DNA of 59,468 nt, counting the filler, from Squatina squatina (Eukaryota): assembly GCA_031763465.1 (NCBI GenBank). It is 4 parts of 4 records of this genome, joined end to end, with 100 filler letters (N's around TTAATTAATTAA, not from the genome) between each part and the next. Parts side by side here need not be neighbours in the genome. Positions count along the whole stretch, not along the records: positions 47,324 to 59,468 come from JARFOE010000194.1; 3 more parts are not named here. The stretch is one strand, 5' to 3'. The notes beneath the pieces are model-generated. The model was not told where the DNA came from. It saw only the letters and a list, made by a program, of their open reading frames with translations, and searched no databases. This document shows, one piece after another, positions 47,910-59,468 of this stretch (positions are counted from its first letter, which is position 1; each line of letters starts with the position of its first letter). The position numbers and the translations under genes were made by a program.

Positions 47910-48166
47910 CTGAAAACAATAGGTTTTCTTTGGGTCAGCGTCAGGGATCTTGAAGGTAGTGATGTCAGCAGTCACATTCATCAGCGTGGCACCCTGGAGT
48001 GTATCTGAGCAGTTTTCCGTGGTGTAATACACAGTGTAACCCCTGAGAACGCCATTCGTTTGGGCTGGCACATTCCACCTAAATTCCACATCCATGTTCA
48101 GCCTATCTACCAGGATGTTCTTTCTCAAATTCACAAAAACCCTTGGATTTTCAGGAGCAGATGGTG
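47910..48166 (-). CDS. ROS1: ROS1-like receptor tyrosine kinase exon (FN3 domain)
   Basis: cttttcag|(A)PSAPENPRVFV...VEFRWNVPAQTNGVL...NVT...YCFQ|gtatgt. Recalled human ROS1: VPSAPENPRIF...VEFRWNKPKHENGVL...NVT...AFQ. Confidence 0.85.
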
Positions 48167-49261
48167 CTGAAAAGACCGTGTTAAACCAACTAAATACTGA
48201 ATAATCGTTACATTTAAAAACAAAATAATTAAAATTTCCATGATATCTGCAAAACTGATTACACTAACAATTCTATTCATTAAAAGGCAGAATTATGGAA
48301 CGTTTTCAAACCACAGGATGTTTCTTAATATTTTCTCTGAATAAAATTAGAAACCAATTGCATATTTAATTNNNNNNNNNNNNNNNNNNNNNNNNNNNNN
48401 NNNNNNNNNNNNNNNNNNNNNNNNNNNNNNNNNNNNNNNNNNNNNNNNNNNNNNNNNNNNNNNNNNNNNNNAGATGAATTTCTAGCCCTTTTTTTTTAAT
48501 TCCAAAACGTGACACATTGATTGGAATCATTTTAATTGTATACATTTCTTTATGTAAAGGGGAAATACTCTGAATAAGAATGAAAACGTAAAAGTATTGT
48601 GGATTCATCAGTAAATGCCTTAAAGATGCTCATCACATTGCAATTTATACTGTAAAATTGTTGCAGTTTTCAGATTGACTCTTCTTACAAAAACACTTCA
48701 AAAAAAATTAAAGATTACATTAATCGTACTGCGATGAACACTGAGAAGTTTGCAGTTTTGAATTAAACACATTTTTGTACATAATTTTAATTCAGAGCTT
48801 TACAGATGAATTTAATACACAGAAATCTATAATGCAGTTACTGTACCTATTGCGTTTTTCACACTTGGAAGCACATTTTCATTCTCAAATTTATCCAAGA
48901 ATACCTTCCAGGTCCCCAGTTCATTTCCTGCTAGGACATAGGGATAAGCACCTTCAAGAAAATAAAACAGAGCAAAATGCATCAACTTCCAAATGCATAT
49001 CGCCAAGTAAACAGGTAGTAAATTGCTTCAAGACCAGTTTACAATAACAAAAATAGCAAACTTAGTTAAAAGTAAGCAACACCAGTTGAAATAATCCAAT
49101 ATTCCTACCTATCAATGACAGATAAAATATACTAAGGCTAACATAAGATTTTTATTGGCAATTTTAAATTCCTAAACACATTCATTGGTATACATTTAAA
49201 AAGCCAGAAATACTTACTAATTTTCTGTGTCACCTGTAACAGTGATAGCCACTCTTTTTAC

Positions 49262-49465
49262 CTTCTGTAAGTGTCGTTCCTTGAAATATTGAAGACCATG
49301 GCCCTTTGCCACCTGGAGAAGACGCACGTATCTTGAAAGTATACAATGTAGAGCTGTTCAAAGCATATAACGTGATATTTGTTGCTTTAATTCCTTCCTT
49401 ATAATTGCTTATGTTGCCATTTACAATTATCATATCGTAGGACCACTGCTGCCATGCATTAGGAC
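49262..49465 (-). CDS. ROS1: ROS1-like exon (FN3 domain)
   Basis: attatag|(G)PNAWQQWSYDM...KIRASSPGGKGPWSSIFQGTTLTE|gtaaaa. Recalled human: SPSAWQNWTYEV...VRASSPKRPGPWSEPSVGTTL. Confidence 0.85.
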
Positions 49466-50274
49466 CTATAATAGAAAGGTTACATCAAGAACAGATTAAC
49501 AGTCTGCTCTGCTGAAATAAAATAGGAATTCATCTATTAGAGATGGATTCCTGCATATGAACATTGTGGGGCTGTTGTCAGTTATAAGAAAAGATGATCA
49601 CATTTCCCTCATACATGAATGGAACTCTAGCTGCACTATAGCCCTTAAAAATAGAAGGATTTTACAAATTTAGTCTGATTTGTATCTGAATTTTTTCACA
49701 ATGTAAACAGGTTAAAAAGTCTGCAATCTTTAAGACTAGTCTAATGGTTGAAGATGGCCATTTCCTATTCTGAATAGACCTTTGTTCCAAAGGAAATTGG
49801 GAAATACGGGGGAGGGGGGAGAAACTAAGTACGGCTAGTGATGCATCACTGATAATCATAGGCTCTTGGAACTTGTTACATTACTTTAGGGAATTGGGAA
49901 GCATTTTCCCCAGAATTTTTCCTGAAATTGGCCACAGCCTTTCCTCCCCGCCCTTTCGGCTTTCCCATAAGTTCACATTATGAGGGTGTCAGTCCATTCT
50001 GGCAGAGTGTACCTGCTATGCAAGTACTAAATTCAGTTCCTACTGGCCAGACCTCCCAAATCAAAAACAAGAGTAATTAGTAGTTGCTGTATCTATAACT
50101 TGCCCCCAACCCCGCAAGACCTCTTCCCTGTTATGCAACCACCTCTAATGAGGAAATGAAGCAGCCCTGTCCCTTATTTTGCAGCTTTTCAAAAAAAAAC
50201 CTGCATTATTTTGACTATTAAGTAAGTGAAAGTTGTAAGTATATGACCAAACACGAAGAAACCACATAACATAC

Positions 50275-50786
50275 CAAGCCCAGCCCCTGGTAGAGGCTTT
50301 CTCCAGGTTAAAGCTGCTGAATTGAATCCCAATACAACTTGCAAGTGTGTAGGTTCATGAAGAGGTACTGGCAGCGGCTGAGTAGATAAGTCCCACAAAA
50401 ACAAGTTGTCAAAGTTTCCATCCTTTTCATTGCATGATTCCACGCTCACCTCAGTTGGGTACAACTGTCCATCATGTTCTTCTGCTGTAAATACCTGTCT
50501 TCCATTGCTTAAAACCCATAAGTTACAAGAATGGACCACATGCTGAACGGCTGTATCAAATGGTAATAAACTGTCCATATATGTTTCTGTCCCGTCCAAA
50601 AAGATATAATGGGCTGTGCCTTCTCTGTCACTAATATAAATGAGTCTTTTAAAAGCTGGGTTCAAACTGAAAGTGAGGATTGATGTATTTGTTACTATGG
50701 GTTCCATGCTGTTGTGCTCAACTTCCATCACTATTCCTGGTAGGGTCATGCGGTATAGGCTATCCACGAAACTAATGAATAAATAC
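50275..50786 (-). CDS. ROS1: ROS1-like exon (end of first beta-propeller region and start of an FN3 domain)
   Basis: ttcctttatatag|YLF...LYR...FSLNPAFKRLIY...FLDG...FDNLFLW..STQPLPVP..P..LQVVLG..SA.LTWRKP|gtatgt. 512 nt; joins in frame to 49465. Confidence 0.85.
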
Positions 50787-51230
50787 CTATATAAAGGAAA
50801 AGAGGGCAAATAATAAATGGGCAAGATGAATAATCAAAGCCCACAGTGCCAATTTGAAAACCCCAAAATTACAATCATTTAAGTAGAAGCACATGCCCCA
50901 AAAATGACGCAATACAATTTTTTTCTGGTTGATGCTAGTGAATAGACTGAATCAGAAATTGGTAATTTTATTTCCTTGCTGAAATATTTTCTTCTTCTAT
51001 GAAGCCTCTTTCCTTATGTGTAGCCACTTTAATGGGCAGGTGATGCTGGATTTTTTAAGGTATATAAGCGGGTGACCTGAGGTTGTATCACATAATGAGG
51101 TGGGGGGGGGGGGAACCTGTGGAATTCTCTNNNNNNNNNNNNNNNNNNNNNNNNNNNNNNNNNNNNNNNNNNNNNNNNNNNNNNNNNNNNNNNNNNNNNN
51201 NNNNNNNNNNNNNNNNNNNNNNNNNNNNNN

Positions 51231-51302
51231 CCACATCACTCTAAAGACGTACTCTGTATATGGGTGCAATTTGGTGAGGTTGTACGGCATACCTTCGACA
51301 AC
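51231..51302 (-). CDS. ROS1: ROS1-like exon (first FN3 domain; truncated by gap)
   Basis: tttgcacag|VVEGMPYNLTKLHPYTEYVFRVMW. Recalled human: YVVKPLHPFTEYIFRVVW. Confidence 0.85.
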
Positions 51303-52038
51303 CTGTGCAAACAGTGGGTCATTTATACAACAGAATAATAACTTTATAAAAAGTTTCCAAGAACATTGCTGGCACCAGATATAGGCTATAATTTTACTGT
51401 CAAGTCACTCCAGTTTTACTTTTGAGTTTATTTGCCCTTTAATGTAAATAAATAAGCAAAAACAAAAATAGATAAAATAGGCAGTCATAAAAAGATTTTA
51501 AAAGATACTAAGTTATGAAAATTAATGAGCTGCATTCAAATACAGTAATGTCCCCCTATCTTTGTTCAGTTGTATTAAATATAACACAAATTACTATTTT
51601 CTGCTGCATGCATTTTTGTTGATTGCATGGAGAACAGTCACCTTCAAATACATATGTACAGCTTAACTGAATGGGACAACACCATGTACGTCAGTCAGTC
51701 AGTCAATGCAAAATATTTGTTGGGGAGGGAAAAGGAAGACAGATGACCAAAAGGAACTTTCCTAGAGTTCTATGTCCTGCAACACGTTTGCAGGGCAGCC
51801 TGAGATGTGAAATTAAAGTATTCAATTGCAAACCTGGAATTTTGGTTCTCACAATTCAGTTGGATACTCGAATTTCAACTATCCAATCAACGTGGATCTT
51901 CTATAATCACTGATTTAAGGTGCTTCTGGGGACTGTGGAAATTGCAGCTAATTTCAATTTTGAATTCTGGTTTTCAGTGCAAACTCTTAAAACACTCAAA
52001 ATTACTGCACTTGTTAAGGTCCATCGCTGAATACGTAC

Positions 52039-52187
52039 TTCAGTGTAAATCCATTGCCCAGGGAGTTCTCTGTACCTCCACTGAAGAATGTATCTTACTG
52101 CTGATGAGTTTGCTAGTACCCATTTTATAAGAATGGAGGTACTGTGTATTGCACTTGCCACTGGAGGATGTGGATCATTCAGTGATT
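52039..52187 (-). CDS. ROS1: ROS1-like exon (first FN3 domain)
   Basis: tctatcattag|SLNDPHPPVASAIHSTSILIKWVLANSSAVRYILQWRYRELPGQWIYTE|gtacgt. Recalled human: PTAPFASSIGSHNMTLRWKSANFSGVKYIIQWKYAQLLGSWTYTK. Confidence 0.85.
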
Positions 52188-53275
52188 CTAATGATAGACA
52201 AAGAAAGACACAGTAATTACAGCATTTGAAATGATGAGGAAAAAAAACAAACTCATTGATCACTTACCTATAAATCTGAAAAAGTATTGATATACCATAA
52301 GCAGGGTTGATATTGACCCTGCTTATTGCAAAACAATTTTGTAAAAATAACACTTACTACACTAACAGATTTGAAGCGAGCCTAATCAGAAAGAATCTCC
52401 TCTCCCTCTCTATCAATGAAGTGAAAGGAGTTTTTCGCTCTGATTCAGTTCTCAGTGTATGAATTTGTCTTCTAACATTTTTTTTTATAATACGCAGTAT
52501 ATTCAACAGTATGGTGAATCACCAGACCATTACTGGTTGCTTAACGTGGGTGACTATTGGATCCATGCAGAAAATACTAAAAACATACTGCCAAAACCTA
52601 ATTACATTGAATAGTCAGTCAGTCAGTAATGAATGTTTATCAATGCCACCACATTAACCAAAATCTGCATTTAAAGGAGAAGGCAAGTAGAAATGGGGAG
52701 AGGGGAGGGAGAAGTAGTTGCATGTATGTTGCAGCCTGTGGCTGCCCCACTAACTCAATGGTTAAATGCACCATACGGTTTGCAACTAAGCCATAAAGGT
52801 TTGAGCTGAAATTGCCAATAAAAGCTGGGGCAATGGTAGGAAGAATTACAATAGGCCTCTGTGGTCCCCAAGTAAGGAAGGATAGAAATCAGCTACTCCT
52901 ACTAGAAAAGGACTCCAATTGGTAAGTTCTTGATTTTGGAAGTTGGCTGAGGNNNNNNNNNNNNNNNNNNNNNNNNNNNNNNNNNNNNNNNNNNNNNNNN
53001 NNNNNNNNNNNNNNNNNNNNNNNNNNNNNNNNNNNNNNNNNNNNNNNNNNNNTAATGCTTTCATTACATTGCCTTAGAGTGCTTAATAAATGCTTTTGCT
53101 TTAATCTAAAGTACAGTGTCTGTTCCTTGCTGGTCCTATTAGGTCAAGAACCCATGGTGAGATTGGTAGAGAATTCTTTCATCTCACAAAAGTTATCAAT
53201 GCTGGTACAAATGATATAGGGGATATTTCCCAGGAGCAAGATAACTTTGAAAACCAGCACAGCCATCACATACCA

Positions 53276-53722
53276 GGGTGGCTGCTCAGAGACAAGGGCT
53301 ATTCACTCTCCGCCTAGCTCATCACTCCCCTCCGCAGCTCCAACACTCGAACTCAGCTCTCATATAATGAGAGCCATGCTGCCACCAGGAACCTCATCGA
53401 GCACACCATCAGCCTACTGAAGCAACGGTTCCACTGCCTTGACCTTTGGGTAGGACCCCTCTGGTACTCAGCTGAGCGGGTGTCCCATTTTGTGGTGGTC
53501 TGCTGCATGTTGCACAACTTGACCATCATGAAGGCACAGCCCTTGCCAGCAAGGATTGCGGGACCACCTCAGGAGGATGACGAGGGAGAGGAGGATGAGG
53601 AGGAGGACAAGGAGGAGCAGGGTGAGGAGGAAGAGGAAGAGGAAGGAGGGCGGAGGCAGTGTGATAATTGGCCTTCTGGATGGATTGCACGTGACCGGCT
53701 AATCAGACTCCAATTCACATGA
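53276..53722 (+). mobile_element. PIF/Harbinger transposase (HARBI1-like DDE) C-terminal fragment, decayed
   Basis: GWLLRDKGYSLSA*LITPL...YNESHAATRNLIEHTISLLKQRFHCLD...YSAERVSHFVVVCCMLHNL, then an acidic tract and ARDRLI. One in-frame TAG. Confidence 0.9.
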
Positions 53723-54539
53723 AGGAAACCCCAGATCCCCGTAGCTCACCACACCCCCATCATACCATCCCTGTCTCACGTCATTTCACAGTGTTCTCCT
53801 TGGGCGCAAAGTTGAAATGAGAGAGACCACAAAAGATTCCAAACACAAACAATAAACTTAAGTAAAAAAAAAAAACTGTATTCTGTCCTGCGGTATAGTT
53901 TTATTTGTCTCTCAGCATGCAAGATTCCCTCGGGGAATTTGGTTAAAAGTGAAATCTAACGGGCTAATCTTTTTATACTGCAGTGGTCACAAAGTGAACT
54001 GTATGACACATCGCCAACTGCAACTGCAGTTGCCTCAAAGAAACAGAAGTTCTCTTAGCAGGATTCAATAGACATTCCAAGTATGCACATCACTCAGCTA
54101 AAAACAGGTCCAGTGTTCCATTCCCAACCTCATTCTGTGACTATGTGCTGTACTGTCAGCCTCACATAAACTTACGACACTGAATTAATGCCACTATTCT
54201 AACTCCTACCTGATCTAACAAGATAGAAATGCTGAAAGTTATACGGATAATAAAAAGCAAATGAGCAGAGATTAAACTAAACCTATGAGCAATATTCAGG
54301 ATGCATAATCAGTCTCATTACAAATGAGGGATTAATTTTTTCCATTAACTATTGCTCATAGTCACTCCTCGCTTGAGTGAAATTATTGAAATGGTTCCTG
54401 CAGCAATTCAGCAAAACATCTTACTGCAGAACCAAANNNNNNNNNNNNNNNNNNNNNNNNNNNNNNNNNNNNNNNNNNNNNNNNNNNNNNNNNNNNNNNN
54501 NNNNNNNNNNNNNNNNNNNNNNNNNNNNNNNNNNNNCTA

Positions 54540-55718
54540 CGTTCTTTCTTCACCTTGCTTCTCTACTGTATTAGTAACCTTATAATAGTCATAAACTTCC
54601 CTTTTCTGTCTATTTTAACCTCTAGATCTTTATCCAGGAGCCTGAACTACCTCCTCTTTGAAGGCCTCCCATTGTTCAATGACTGTTTTGCCTACCATTT
54701 TTTCACTCCAATCCACCAAGGCCAGATTCCTTTTCAACTCACTGAAGTTAGCCCTCCTGCAGTTAAATATGGAAGATTAAAGCATCCCCATCATGCAACC
54801 ATGGAGCTCCTAATCAGATTCTGGAGCACATCACTGAGCACTGCCCTCAGGAAATTCGCAGGCAGCCTGCAAGATATCCACTCTATTACAAAAGAAGCTT
54901 TGCGCTGGATATCGGACTTAAGATATTAACATTCGATTTGCTTTGCTACTACCATACCGGAGAGATATTTTTACACTTGATTGTACCATGTCCTTTTCCA
55001 TTACTATTCTAAACCTGATGTTATGAACACTGTTTCCCAAATGCTCTCCCACTGAAACATGCCCAACTTCATTCCCCAGAACTAGATCCAGCACTGCTTC
55101 CTTTCTCATTGGACTGGAAACACAGTGATCAAGAAAGTTCTCTTGTATACATTTCTGGAATTCCTCCCCCTCTTTGCCCTTTATGTTGCTGCTATCCTAG
55201 TCCCCATTATCACTACTCTGCAGTTCTTGCATCTTTCCATAATTTGCCTGCAAATTTGCTCTTCTATCCCCTTCCAACTATTGGTGACCGATGGTATACA
55301 CCTCGTAGTGCAATAGCTCCTCTATTGTTCCTTAATTCTAACCAAATAGACTGTCTTTGCCTCTCAATTACATCATCCCTCTCCAATGCTAGAATCATTT
55401 ATTTCATCAATATCACCACAACCTGATCTTTCCTGAATACCTTATAGTCTGGAATATTAAGTTCCCAATCGTCCCCTTCTTTGAGCCTGGTATCCGTTAT
55501 TGTCACTGTATCAGAGTGCCATGTGGCAGCGTGTGCCTGCAGCTCACCAACTTTATTTACCACACTCCGTGCATGCACTCCATAACCATCTTAGACTATT
55601 GTGCATTTGTCCCGTCTGATCCCTCCTATTTATGAACTATTCTTTACTCCAAGTGCTATTTGTCTCTTCCCAGTCCTGTGCACCTTGTTTCTCCTCTCTT
55701 TTGTTTCATCCTGGTGCC
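54540..55718 (-). mobile_element. Decayed CR1 LINE, endonuclease region
   Basis: RKEAVLDLVLGNEVG..SVGEHLGNSVHNIRFRIVMEKD, with many indels. Confidence 0.8.
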
Positions 55719-56399
55719 NNNNNNNNNNNNNNNNNNNNNNNNNNNNNNNNNNNNNNNNNNNNNNNNNNNNNNNNNNNNNNNNNNNNNNNNNNNNNNNNNN
55801 NNNNNNNNNNNNNNNNNNTATCCTTAGCCACAGTACTTACAAAAACCAAGTGCCAAAAATAATGTATGGCACTTAACTAGCGAAAGTGTGCTTTATTACA
55901 GCAAGATCAAGCTGGATTATATGGATTTCTGAATGATGGTAGGGAGTTCACCAACTGAGGAGGGTTGTACTTTTCCAGGCGCATCAGTCGTCGTAGAATA
56001 TCTTGGCTTTGCAGTGGCCAACTGTAGACATGTGTATTTTGAAGCCAAGAGGGAACATGTCTCTGAACAAAAAAAAAAGCAAGAATTATCAAATCAATTT
56101 TTAATTAAAAAAGCCCTTTAGGATTTGTAATCTGTTAACCAAAGTGCAAGGTGTTAATGAGATGGCCATGCTCTCTATTACAAGTAGATGATTATTCACT
56201 ATTGTTTATTTAACTCAATTACTTCTCAGTACTTCATCCCTTCTCTGAATTATATGAAGAATTGCAGAGTATTATGGACTGGTCACAATTAGATTCTATC
56301 CGGGTTTGCCCAACTGATTTAGGATGGTGTGTATAAATTTAAATGGAAATGCACAAATAAAAAATGTAAGCTTGTGCATTTTTAATTGGAATAATTACT

Positions 56400-57620
56400 T
56401 TTCAGATTGGACTACAGCATCAACCTCTGCGAGCATATGGTCGTCTCTCCTCGGCCCTCTGTTTCCACTGAAAATCTCCAGTAGTGCGCCCATCGATACT
56501 CTGCCCTTGAACAACTCTTAGATTTATTCCCTCTCCACAACTGTCCCTAAACCAGTTTATCGATGCTTCAAACTGACTCTACCCCGTCCTCAAGTCAAGT
56601 CCATCCAACACTGAACCTCAAATTTGAACTTTGATCTCTCTCCTATCATCTCCCTTTTCTCAGTTTATAACCAAGACAGGTCACTTCTAATCTCTGCCAT
56701 GCCTATATGTAACTTGACTTCCCTCTATATCCATTTTGGTTTCTGCTCCAAATGTACACTAATTACTTCTCTCTCTTTTCCCCCTCTTGGGTACTTTGCC
56801 CTGCGATACCACCTTCCCATTTCTCCCCTCTTGGGTACTTTGCCCTGTGTCTCTACCCCAACCCATCAGTACCTCTGCCTTCTCAGTCTCCTGCTGCCGT
56901 ACCAGGCTTTAATCCTCCTCTCCTAAACCCACAGCTACCTTGTGCTTCTCAGCATTCTCTGAAATGCCCATCAAGGCACTCGTGACTGTCTCCTTACGAG
57001 AAGCAACTCCAACCGACCAATCTCCAGTGCACCCACTGGGGGCTAATCTTGTTAACCTTCTTAATGTCCTGCTTACTCCACCCACCACTGCTTCCTTGGA
57101 CTCTGCCAGTGGATCAACAATCACTACCCCTCTCCGCATTTTCTTCCAGAATGTCAACTTACTCGCGAAGAGGGCCCTTGCAATCAAGCACCTTATTCTG
57201 AATAATTGAATTGACAACCTGGCTTTGACTAAAATTTTGCTCACTGTTGCCGATACCCTGCCACTTACTGGTGGTGGCATTATGGCCCTACTGCTCCTCT
57301 GGCACCTGCTGCTCCTTTGAGCATTACACCTTATTCCACCCTACTCACATCTCCTTTAAAATTTAATTCTCTATCCCTCCAAGCCCCATCATGATTTTCT
57401 CAAATATCCTCCTTCCTTTCCCCCTGCAGACTCCTGATCCTCAGTAATTTCAATCTCTAGCCCAAGTCAACTTACCCTCTCTTCTGATTTCACTGTCCTC
57501 CTTTTATATAAACTCTTCTACTCATATTCAAAGCTGCTCCCTCAACCTTGCAGTCTTACACAGCCTCTCTACTTCCATGTTCTCGATGACAGGGAAGGCC
57601 ATCTCTGACCACTTCCCTGT
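56400..57620 (+). mobile_element. Decayed L2-clade LINE, 5' and endonuclease region
   Basis: PLRIFFQNVNLLAKRALAIKHLILNN*IDNLALTK resembles an APE endonuclease N-terminus (NVRSL.NK...ID.LALTET). C/T-rich strand bias. Confidence 0.6.
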
Positions 57621-57929
57621 AACTCCCATGTATCAGTGGAAACAGCACAGCAAAGAAATAGAAATAAATTTGGTAATCAAAACGATAATGTTCTAAATTG
57701 CTAAATTTGTAAAACAGCAGTAAAAATACTGATAATCTTCAGTGGGTGATAAAGCACCAATACACTAGCAGTTGGGTGTATTAAGCGGTTTTAAAATGTT
57801 TATTAAAAATTATTGTAACAAATTAAATTTTGAAAAATAAGTTAATTTTCTATATCCTTTTGCACTTATATTCTTTAACCTGCTACTTTTAACATTCTCA
57901 GGATAGAGTCACCCTTAATAGCTGTACAA

Positions 57930-58295
57930 CAGCTTCCAGCCAATTACCACCCTATCAGCCTTCTCCTAATCAGCAAAGTGATGGAAAATTTCAATACCAT
58001 CAAACAACACCTATTTGCCGATGCTTCTTAGCTCCTGATCTTGTCAGAGCCTTGATCCAGACACGAACGCAAGATGAATGTTGGAGGAAAAGGGAGAATA
58101 GCTGTCCTCGTCAAAGGCATTTGATCGAGTATGGCGTCAAGGAGCCCCAGCCAAATGGAGATCGATGGGAAAAACTCTCCAGTAGCTGGAGTTATACCCG
58201 ACAGAAGTAGATGGTTTGGGTTATTGGACGCCAATCATTACCATTCCTTAGAGCAGTATCATTGAACCAAATATCTTCAACTGCTTCATCAGTGG
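57930..58295 (+). mobile_element. Decayed non-LTR retrotransposon RT fragment
   Basis: gccaattaccaccctatcagccttctc...agcaaagtgatggaa (ANY.PISLL..SKVME) and tcaaaggcatttgatcgagtatggc (KAFDRVW). Confidence 0.65.
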
Positions 58296-58695
58296 TCTGA
58301 TTAATTATGCACAAGCACAAAGCAACTTCAGGCGAGGGCAGATGCTTGATTAAACGTGTAAATTCCAAAAGGTGCTGTCCGAGATGCACTGCTCTGCCTT
58401 TAACTTCATGAAAATGGCATCTCACTGTGGCTCACCATTAAAAGGAGCTATATTTGCACGATAGGTACGAACTGAACTCGTCACAGAAAGTTACGTCTAG
58501 TCCATTTCAGTCTAAGTGCCCTTTTAACAATGTAATAAAAGTGTTCATTATTGGCAATCTACTTCTCTGGCACTGAAAATTTGTGTACTTTTATANNNNN
58601 NNNNNNNNNNNNNNNNNNNNNNNNNNNNNNNNNNNNNNNNNNNNNNNNNNNNNNNNNNNNNNNNNNNNNNNNNNNNNNNNNNNNNNNNNNNNNNN

Positions 58696-59088
58696 CCTTA
58701 AAGAGGAGGGCCAGAGCATTGGCAGCTGCCATGTTTTATTGTTGGCCGACTCTGTGGTCTGCCGACTGATGGTGGGCTGTGCCACCATCCACTTGCCCGG
58801 CACGCCGACTAATGTTTCGGGCTGGTGGCCCGGTCACCAGGGTTCCTGGTTGCCCAGTGGCGGGCCGTGGGGTGCCATTAAGCTGGCCGGTGGCCCTCCC
58901 CTTTAAGGGAGGGGGCGGGGCTGCTCCCACACAAGGGCAGAAACGTCCAGATATCACCCCGGAAGTGAGGCAGATTTGGCTCCGCCTCATTTCCTCAGTG
59001 GTATGGGGAATACTGCGGCAGGGACGCATATTCGGCAGCTGGAGCACAAAATACTGGCCCCCTGCGTCCCAGGGGATTTTCGCCCCCC
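58696..59088. mobile_element. Harbinger-like MITE, related to 14964-15711 (left end in gap)
   Basis: Shares cttaaag...gccatgtttt..ttggcc.act and ctttaagg.agggggcggggctgc with 15285-15502. Ends in ggattttcgccccc. Confidence 0.6.
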
Positions 59089-59468
59089 CAAAGATTTTAA
59101 AATGTATATACAAAAATGAAAACTCACGTTGCAATACCATTCTAAATTCTCAGTACGTGATTAAAATGTAAATCACAATTCAGTCACAGTTGGGACTGTT
59201 CAGCACTAACCCATCAGGCTAACTCAATGAAATTGAAAATGCATAACTTAATTATTGGAAAATGGTTACTTCAGCAATGCTGACTCCCATTATTTTGAAA
59301 CCTAAAAAAATAGTTGAGAGAGAATGACCACAATACATGAGACTACTCATCCCATCTAAAGAAAAAGGATATGTAATCAAATAACGGCTTAGCTTCTTCT
59401 TTTCTGATACATTGACGAAGTAAACACTCACTCCGGACATGAAATTTGGTAGAATGGCTGAACTTTCT

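Noticed and set aside
395-52187. SPEN, ANKS1B, a coiled-coil gene and ROS1, all on the minus strand, as a novel gene cluster
   Set aside because: They lie on separate scaffolds joined by artificial linkers.
53276-53722. Domesticated HARBI1 gene
   Set aside because: 5'-truncated, with an in-frame stop and degenerate motifs. An ordinary dead transposon copy.

Overview
Vertebrate genomic DNA, most likely a cartilaginous fish (shark), judged from the repeat families (DeuSINE/SacSINE1-like, CR1, RTE, L2, Penelope, Harbinger). The window is four unrelated draft scaffolds joined by artificial 100-nt linkers (N44-TTAATTAATTAA-N44 at 13055-13154, 29752-29851, 47224-47323), so genes in different scaffolds are not neighbours. 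Scaffold 1 holds the giant internal exon of SPEN (SHARP/MINT, minus strand, 395-12933). It carries one in-frame TGA, two foreign inserts that are probably misassembly, a ~490-codon polyproline array inside a conserved motif, and a 30/33-bp coding tandem repeat. Scaffold 2 holds the terminal exon and probable 3'UTR of ANKS1B, plus transposons. Scaffold 3 holds four exons of an unassigned long coiled-coil gene. Scaffold 4 holds five ectodomain exons of a divergent ROS1/Sevenless-type receptor kinase. I found no convincing new biological system. The best leads are the SPEN repeat expansions and stop codon, the ROS1-like gene with missing ectodomain blocks, a candidate ANKS1B cassette exon and a minimal hammerhead ribozyme in a Penelope-like repeat. 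All homology calls rest on recalled sequences, not database searches.
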